Source: an uncultured Eubacteriales bacterium
GTDB taxonomy: Bacteria; Actinomycetota; Coriobacteriia; Anaerosomatales; PHET01
Assembly (NCBI GenBank): GCA_964607705.1
Contig: CAZSLI010000001.1
Span: forward strand, 145,420 to 209,419
Length of the DNA: 64,000 nt
Reading direction: 5' to 3'
Shown: positions 58,384 through 64,000 of the stretch, one piece after another
Position numbering within the stretch: the first letter of the stretch is position 1
Layout: every line of letters begins with the position of its first letter
Notes under the pieces: generated by a model
Database searches by the model: none
What the model was told of the DNA's origin: nothing
The model's input: only the letters and a program-made list of their open reading frames with translations
Position numbers and translations under genes: made by a program

Positions 58384-59879
58384 GCGAGATCCTTGCGAAC
58401 ACGCCTGATGGCGCCCCCAAGCGCGGTCCGCGCGAGCTCATCTTCGAACTCGGCGCGCCCGAGTCGAGCTGTGTGCTGCCGCCCGAACTCGACGTCCCCG
58501 ATATCGACCTGGCTGAGGCCCTCGGCGGTGCGGTGCGTGCCGAGAAGCCGCTGCTGCCGCACGTGACCGAGCTCGAGATCATGCGCCACTACGCGCACCT
58601 GGCGGAGATGAACTTCGGCGTTGACTCCGGCTTCTATCCGCTGGGCAGCTGCACGATGAAGTACAACCCGCGCATCAACGAGGATGCGTGCCGTCTCGAG
58701 GGCTTTGCGGGCCTTCACCCGTACCAGCCGGTCGAGACCGTGCAGGGGGCCTTGGCGCTGATGGTCGGCCTTTCAGAGGCGCTGGCCGAGGTCTCAGGCC
58801 TGCCCGGCGTCACGCTGCAGCCTGCCGCCGGTGCGCACGGCGAGCTGACCGCGCTGATGGTCTTCCGGGCCGCGCACACCGCCAACGGCGACCCGCGCAA
58901 GAAGGTAGTCATCCCCGACACGGCTCACGGCACCAACCCTGCCACCGTGACGATGTGCGGCTACGAGACCGTCACCATCCCGAGCGACGAACGCGGACTC
59001 GTGGACCTGGAGGCGCTCAAGGCCGTGCTCGATACGGATGTCGCCGCCTTCATGCTGACGAACCCCAACACCCTGGGCCTGTTCGACCCGCAGATCCTCG
59101 AGATCACTGAAGCCGTCCACGCCGTGGGCGCGTTCGCCTACTGCGACGGCGCGAATCTTAACGCCATCATGGGCATCGCACGCCCAGGCGACCTCGGCTT
59201 CGACGCCCTGCACATCAACCTTCACAAGACGTTCTCCACGCCACATGGTGGAGGTGGGCCGGGCGCCGGTCCTGTCTGCGTAACCAAGGACCTGGCGCGC
59301 TACCTTCCCGGCCCTCAGCCGATGTATGACGGCGAGACGTTCGGTCTCGAGACCTCGGACGACACGATCGGCAGGGTCCGTAGCTTCTACGGCAACTTCG
59401 GCGTTCTCGTGCGCGCCTATGCCTACATCGTGAGCCAGGGTGCCGAGGGCCTCAAAGAGGTCTCTGAGCAGGCGGTCCTCTCGGCAAACTACATGAAGGA
59501 GCGCCTGAAGGGCGCCTTCGAGCTGCCGTACGACCGGACGTGCATGCACGAGTTCGTGCTCTCGGGAGCCAAGCTGCGCTCCGAGCACGGTGTGCGGACG
59601 CTCGACGTAGCCAAGCGACTGCTCGACTACGGCTTCCACCCTCCCACGGTCTACTTCCCGCTGCTCGTCGACGAGGCGCTCATGATCGAGCCCACCGAGA
59701 CCGAGCCTCTGGCCGCTCTCGAGGCCTTCTGCGACGCACTCATCGCGATCGCCGAGGAGGCGGGACGCGATCCTGAGCTGGTCAAGGGAGCGCCTTACAC
59801 GACGCCGGTCCGCCGCCTCGACGAGGCGCGCGCAGCGCGCGAGCCGGTGCTTCGCTGGAAGCCCGCCGAGGGCGAGTGA
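58380..59879 (+). CDS. gcvPB: Glycine dehydrogenase (decarboxylating) subunit 2
   Basis: PLP-lysine region NLHKTFSTPHGGGGPG. GTGA overlap with gcvPA. Confidence 0.95.
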   Translation: MSEILANTPDGAPKRGPRELIFELGAPESSCVLPPELDVPDIDLAEALGGAVRAEKPLLPHVTELEIMRHYAHLAEMNFGVDSGFYPLGSCTMKYNPRINEDACRLEGFAGLHPYQPVETVQGALALMVGLSEALAEVSGLPGVTLQPAAGAHGELTALMVFRAAHTANGDPRKKVVIPDTAHGTNPATVTMCGYETVTIPSDERGLVDLEALKAVLDTDVAAFMLTNPNTLGLFDPQILEITEAVHAVGAFAYCDGANLNAIMGIARPGDLGFDALHINLHKTFSTPHGGGGPGAGPVCVTKDLARYLPGPQPMYDGETFGLETSDDTIGRVRSFYGNFGVLVRAYAYIVSQGAEGLKEVSEQAVLSANYMKERLKGAFELPYDRTCMHEFVLSGAKLRSEHGVRTLDVAKRLLDYGFHPPTVYFPLLVDEALMIEPTETEPLAALEAFCDALIAIAEEAGRDPELVKGAPYTTPVRRLDEARAAREPVLRWKPAEGE

Positions 59880-60667
59880 GCGCACCGCGCTGGAGATTGC
59901 TGATCGACGGCCCGGTCGAAGGCGCCCGAAACATGGCGCTCGACCGGGCCGTTCAGCTTGCCCGTGAGCAGAGGAGCGTACTCCCCACGCTTCGGCTCTA
60001 TGGCTGGACGCGCCCGACCGTCACGCTCGGCCGCTTCCAGTCCGTCGACGGCATCGATCTCTCCGCTGCCGAGGAACTCGGCTGCGACGTCGTACGCCGG
60101 TTCACGGGTGGACGGGCGGTGCTCCACGACGACGAGCTCACCTACGCAGTCGTGGCATCGGTGGAGGACGGCGTCCCGCGGGGGGTCGCGGCATCGTATC
60201 GCCACCTCTGCGCGGCCCTCGCCGAGGCCTATCGGCGCTTGGGCGTGGACGCTTCCGTGACCGAACGGGATCGCGCGGCGTCCTCCTCGGCGGCCTGCTA
60301 CCTGACGACCACCCGGGCCGACCTGTCGCTGGGTGCGATGAAGTTGTCGGGCTCCGCGCAGGTGTGGCATGGCGATACGGTGATGCAGCACGGCTCATTC
60401 ACCGTATCGCGCGATGTCGGTCGTGAGGCGCGCATCTTCCGGCTTTCGGCCGAGGATGCCGAGCACCTCGCTGAGGGGTCGGCGACGATCGAGGCGGTCA
60501 CGGGCCGTCGGCCAGCACTGGGCGAGATCCAAGACGCCGTGGTCGATGCCTTCACTGATGTGCTCGGCATTCACATCGAGCCTGGCGAGTTGCATGAAGA
60601 GGAGCTCCAGGCCGCCCTCGACCTCGAGGACCGGGTGAGAGTGCGCTCTGGCGGCGAAGATGCCTGA
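59876..60667 (+). CDS. Lipoate-protein ligase / octanoyltransferase family (BPL_LplA_LipB) protein
   Basis: NMALDRAV...LRLYGWTRPTVTLGRFQ...RRFTGGRAVLHDDELTY...GAMKLSGSAQ. GTGA overlap with gcvPB. Confidence 0.8.
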   Translation: MSAPRWRLLIDGPVEGARNMALDRAVQLAREQRSVLPTLRLYGWTRPTVTLGRFQSVDGIDLSAAEELGCDVVRRFTGGRAVLHDDELTYAVVASVEDGVPRGVAASYRHLCAALAEAYRRLGVDASVTERDRAASSSAACYLTTTRADLSLGAMKLSGSAQVWHGDTVMQHGSFTVSRDVGREARIFRLSAEDAEHLAEGSATIEAVTGRRPALGEIQDAVVDAFTDVLGIHIEPGELHEEELQAALDLEDRVRVRSGGEDA

Positions 60668-60752
60668 AGTGCAACTTTAGCCTTTTAGGACGCCGCGCGT
60701 GTCGGAGGCTTACGCTACAATCAGTTGAGGGAACCCACGAGGGGAGGACCGC

Positions 60753-61070
60753 GTGACGTCTGAAGAGTCCGGAGCCACGAGGGACGACGCGCTGCTCGAC
60801 CTCGAGCAGAAGTCGAACGAGCAGCTCAGGGAGCTTCTCAACGAGCTCTACGCGGAGGAGCAGCGCGTCTCGTACCGACGCCGTGTCCTCCATGGCAAGA
60901 TAGATATTCTTCGCGCCGAGCTGGTCAGGCGCCTCAAGAGCGAGCGCGAGGCCGGCGAAGACGTGATCAGCGGTACGGATGTCGAGAGGCTCATCGACAT
61001 CCTGGCCAACGATCTCCGCGGTGTATCGCGTTATGACGTCGCCACGGACCTCGAGGACGACGACGAGTAG
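60753..61070 (+). CDS. Small helical protein, RsiG-like (single E-x3-S-x2-R-x3-H-x3-D motif)
   Basis: GTG 60753 follows GGGGAGGA. 105 aa, charged and helix-prone. Contains EEQRVSYRRRVLHGKIDILRAEL. Confidence 0.5.
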   Translation: MTSEESGATRDDALLDLEQKSNEQLRELLNELYAEEQRVSYRRRVLHGKIDILRAELVRRLKSEREAGEDVISGTDVERLIDILANDLRGVSRYDVATDLEDDDE

Positions 61071-61103
61071 ACCGAATCGGGCAGGAAGCCGACAGGAGGA
61101 CGC

Positions 61104-61364
61104 GTGTCCACACTAGACGAGCGTATCAAGCAGTTCTTCTCCGACATGACAACCGATGTGGTCGAGGAGCGCGTAGTCGAATACGTGATCCGCGAGGTCC
61201 ACAACGGCCGTCGCCTGATGGAAGTCATCGAGGACCCGTACGTCCGTAACCGTCTCAATGAAGACCGTCGTGTCGAGGTGCTCGAGAACACCGAGATCGT
61301 CGAGGCGCTCGAGCAGGAAATCCGCTCGAGCATGACTCCGCCGGAGCTCGGTTTCTCGAGCTAG
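61104..61364 (+). CDS. Hypothetical small acidic protein (86 aa)
   Basis: GTG 61104 lies 4 nt after AGGAGGA. No recognised domain. Confidence 0.5.
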   Translation: MSTLDERIKQFFSDMTTDVVEERVVEYVIREVHNGRRLMEVIEDPYVRNRLNEDRRVEVLENTEIVEALEQEIRSSMTPPELGFSS

Positions 61365-61396
61365 GTCCCGTCAGGCCGTAAGGGAGGGTGAGCGCG

Positions 61397-61846
61397 ATGC
61401 CGGAGTGCCCCAAGTGCGGTGCTTCATTGGCCACCGAGGAAGAGCGGTGTGCTGCCTGCGGCTCCCTTCCTGGTGAGGCCACAGCTTCGTTCGAGCCGAT
61501 CCAGGGCGGCGATGTCGGCACGACCCCAGGACCTGATGCGATCGAGGGGCCGGTACTCATCGTTCGCAAGGGGCCGCAACCCGGTGAGCGCTTCTATCTC
61601 GACCGCCCGGCGTTGTCGGTCGGCCGAGACCCCAAGAGTGACATCTTCCTCAACGACATGACTGTCTCGCGGACCCACGCCCGGCTGTCACTCGCGGGCA
61701 CAGAGGTCACGGTGAACGACGCCGGGTCCCTCAACGGTACGTACGTGAACGGCGTGTGCGTGGACGAAGCGCTGCTCGTTGACGGTGACGTCCTTCAGAT
61801 CGGCACGTTCCAGATGGTGTTCCACCAGGGAGGGACGCAGCGATGA
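61397..61846 (+). CDS. FHA domain protein with N-terminal zinc ribbon (GarA/OdhI-position homologue)
   Basis: CPKCG...CAACG ribbon. FHA core SVGRDPKSDIFLNDMTVSRTHARL...NGTYVNG. ATG 61397 lies 8 nt after AGGGAGGG (track start 61388). Confidence 0.85.
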   Translation: MPECPKCGASLATEEERCAACGSLPGEATASFEPIQGGDVGTTPGPDAIEGPVLIVRKGPQPGERFYLDRPALSVGRDPKSDIFLNDMTVSRTHARLSLAGTEVTVNDAGSLNGTYVNGVCVDEALLVDGDVLQIGTFQMVFHQGGTQR

Positions 61847-62550
61847 GTAGCCGGGACTACCTCACGATCGGCGAGGTCGTCCAGCGGCTGCAGCCTGTCT
61901 ACCCCGACCTCTCCATCTCGAAGGTACGATTCCTCGAGGAGGAGGGTTTGGTCACCCCCGAGAGGACCGCGGGAGGCTACCGCAAGTTCACCCAGGGTGA
62001 CGTCGCTCGGGTCGAGATGATCCTGAGACTCCAGCGGGATCACTTCCTTCCGCTCGCCATCATCCGCGACAAGCTTGCGGACGTGGATCGCGGCAGGGTG
62101 CCCGCCGAGCTTCAGCGCACACCTGTAGGTGGCACGGAGCCGCTGCCCTTCTCGGTCGTCGACGAAGGCCCACTCGCGCTCGAGGACGTGCCCTCGGCTC
62201 TCGGGATCCCGGTCTCGTTCGTGCGGGAGTTGGCGGAATTCGGCATCGTCGAGCTGCAGAAGGGCGAGGGCGGCGAGCAGTTGGATCGCGTTGAGGTGAC
62301 TTCTGTCCACGCCGCTTGGGATCTGCGACGTTTCGGAGTCGAGCCTCGGCACCTGCGCATGTACAGCACCTTCGCGGACCGTGAAGCGACCTTGTTCGCG
62401 CAGATCCTGATGCCGGCCTTCCGTCACCGGACTGCAGACACCAAGCAGAAGCTCGCTGACACGCTCAACGAGCTCTCGTCCCTCACGGACCAGCTCAAGA
62501 GCAGGCTGTTGCGGCGCGCACTGGAGAAGGCGTTCGAGGACCTTCCTTAA
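61843..62550 (+). CDS. MerR family transcriptional regulator (FtsR / Rv1828-like)
   Basis: LTIGEVVQRL...ISKVRFLEEEGLVTPERTAGGYRKF. ATGA overlap with the FHA gene. Confidence 0.85.
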   Translation: MSSRDYLTIGEVVQRLQPVYPDLSISKVRFLEEEGLVTPERTAGGYRKFTQGDVARVEMILRLQRDHFLPLAIIRDKLADVDRGRVPAELQRTPVGGTEPLPFSVVDEGPLALEDVPSALGIPVSFVRELAEFGIVELQKGEGGEQLDRVEVTSVHAAWDLRRFGVEPRHLRMYSTFADREATLFAQILMPAFRHRTADTKQKLADTLNELSSLTDQLKSRLLRRALEKAFEDLP

Positions 62551-62553
62551 CGG

Positions 62554-63006
62554 ATGGACGAGAAGCGCGACACAACCTCTCAAGACGCCGTACGCACGCT
62601 GGACCATCCCCCTCTCGACGAGATCCGGTTCGCGCACTCGAGCGAGCGGGTCGCGGCCGAGATACTCGACTACTACCGGATCCGATGGCAGTACGAGCCG
62701 CGCTCGTTTCCGATCGAGTGGGACGGGGAGGAGCGGGTCATAGCATCCTTCACGCCCGACTTCTACCTTCCGGACTTCGACCTGTTCATCGAGCTGACGA
62801 CGATGAGCCAAAAACTCGTCACGAAGAAGAACCGCAAGGTCAGACGCCTGCGGGAACTCTATCCCGAGATCAACATCAAGGTCTTCTACCAGAAGGACTT
62901 TCGCGCGCTGCTCGCAAGGTTCGGCATGACAAGCGAGTCACAGCCGCACGCCGCGGGAGGCGGCTTCATCGCCGGACCGGACGACGAAGCCGACGGTGCC
63001 GACTGA
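62554..63006 (+). CDS. Hypothetical protein, possible PD-(D/E)XK nuclease-like fold
   Basis: FTPDFYLPDFDLFIELTT...KK resembles a D...(D/E)xK-type core. 150 aa. This is pattern recognition only. Confidence 0.4.
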   Translation: MDEKRDTTSQDAVRTLDHPPLDEIRFAHSSERVAAEILDYYRIRWQYEPRSFPIEWDGEERVIASFTPDFYLPDFDLFIELTTMSQKLVTKKNRKVRRLRELYPEINIKVFYQKDFRALLARFGMTSESQPHAAGGGFIAGPDDEADGAD

Positions 63007-63554
63007 TGAACACGCCGCCGCTCCCTCCTGAGTGCAGCCGTATCGTGCTCGACGGACATGCGATCGCTGCCCGGGTACGCGAGTTGGGAGCGGAGCTCAC
63101 GGAGCGACATCACGGCGAGCCGCTTCATCTCGTCACGGTTCTGCGCGGGTCCGTCTTCTTCCTGGCGGATCTGTGCCGGGCGATCGATGCGCCGCTCACC
63201 ATGGACTTTCTCGCCGTGGCGCCGTACGTCCCGGGGCGGGGAGGGGCTGTTCGACTGACCAAGGACCTCGACGACAACATCTCCGAGTCAGCCGTCGTGC
63301 TTGTGGAGGACGTTGTCGACACCGGGCTCACGGTCAACTACGTCCTTTCGTTCCTCAGAAGCCATTCACCCCGCAGCCTCGAGATATGCACGCTGCTCGA
63401 CAAGCCGGCGCGACGGATCGCCGAAGTGCCCATCGCGTACACCGGCTTCGAGATGTCGGACCGCTTCCTGGTCGGCTACGGTCTCGACCTGGATGGCCGC
63501 TATCGGAACCTGCCCTACCTGGCAGAGTTGCGCGAGGAGGCGGTTCTCGGATGA
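63006..63554 (+). CDS. hpt: Hypoxanthine phosphoribosyltransferase
   Basis: LVTVLRGSVFFLADL, PRPP loop VVLVEDVVDTGLT. ATG overlaps the upstream TGA by 1 nt (TGATG). Confidence 0.9.
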   Translation: MNTPPLPPECSRIVLDGHAIAARVRELGAELTERHHGEPLHLVTVLRGSVFFLADLCRAIDAPLTMDFLAVAPYVPGRGGAVRLTKDLDDNISESAVVLVEDVVDTGLTVNYVLSFLRSHSPRSLEICTLLDKPARRIAEVPIAYTGFEMSDRFLVGYGLDLDGRYRNLPYLAELREEAVLG

Positions 63555-64000
63555 CCCGCCGCATTCTCTTCGCGCTGCTGCCCGTTATGGCGGTCGGGGC
63601 TGTCGCCTCCTTGGGCTACGTCATCTTTTGGGGTTGGTCGCCGCTGCAGGCGGTCTACATGACCGTGATCACCATCGCGACGGTCGGCTTCCGAGAAGTG
63701 CGGCCGCTCACCCCTGCTGGCCAGGTCTTCACGATCGTCGTGATCATTGGCGGGGTCGCCGGAGCGACGTACGCGATCGGCCGCATAGTGGACATCATCG
63801 TCGAGGAGCAACTCGGCGGGCGTTGGGAGGAACGTCGAATGAGGGCACGCATCAACGATCTGTCCGGACACACGATCATCGCAGGCATGGGTCGCGTCGG
63901 ATCGGTGGTCGCTGAGGAGCTCGCGTCCCAACACCTCGCATTCGTCGTGGTCGACACGTGCGACGAGTGCATCGAGACAGCGCGTGGTCGAGGCTGGCTC
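63551..64000 (+). CDS. 2-TM ion channel with RCK/TrkA-N domain, 3'-truncated by the window edge
   Basis: Not in the ORF track because there is no stop in the window. My translation: MTRRILFALLPVMAVGAVASLGYVIFWGWSPLQAVYMTVITIATVGFREVRPLTPAGQVFTIVVIIGGVAGATYAIG...HTIIAGMGRVGSVVAEEL. ATGA overlap with the hpt stop. Confidence 0.75.
   Translation, partial: MTRRILFALLPVMAVGAVASLGYVIFWGWSPLQAVYMTVITIATVGFREVRPLTPAGQVFTIVVIIGGVAGATYAIGRIVDIIVEEQLGGRWEERRMRARINDLSGHTIIAGMGRVGSVVAEELASQHLAFVVVDTCDECIETARGRGWL

Overview
GC-rich (not computed), gene-dense chromosomal window with no rRNA, CRISPR array, transposase, integrase or prophage gene. Gene order follows the conserved actinobacterial core. It starts with a complete pyrimidine operon with a PyrR attenuator: pyrR-pyrB-pyrC-carA-(tandem USP)-carB-pyrK-pyrD-pyrF-pyrE. 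Then comes mihF-gmk-rpoZ, separated from coaBC by about 12 kb of extra genes. Later come gcvT-gcvH-gcvPA-gcvPB-lipoate ligase and an FHA / MerR(FtsR-like) / hpt block. Anaerobe-type genes suggest a deep-branching anaerobic or microaerophilic Actinomycetota-like organism: class 1B DHODH with PyrK, two-subunit 2-oxoacid:ferredoxin oxidoreductase, a rubrerythrin-like protein, and PaaK plus ACT. One tRNA-Pro(GGG) is present. I see no obvious defence island or biosynthetic cluster. The best leads, all hypotheses from motif reading without database searches, are four. (1) A GTDC1/QTMAN-family (DUF3524 + GT4) glycosyltransferase is translationally coupled to thiI. (2) A 105-aa single-motif RsiG-like candidate c-di-GMP sensor lies in a window that also holds two atypical GGDEF proteins. 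(3) A nucleotidyltransferase-LbH-phosphohexomutase fusion has all three mutase catalytic motifs degenerate and is chained to corA and a CDP-alcohol phosphatidyltransferase. (4) A compact module of two SDR enzymes, a GT2 and a GT-C membrane protein sits beside peptidoglycan hydrolases. Many long antisense ORFs in the track are GC-driven artefacts, and several track ORFs have spurious N-terminal extensions. I re-called those starts from RBS position and stop/start overlaps.
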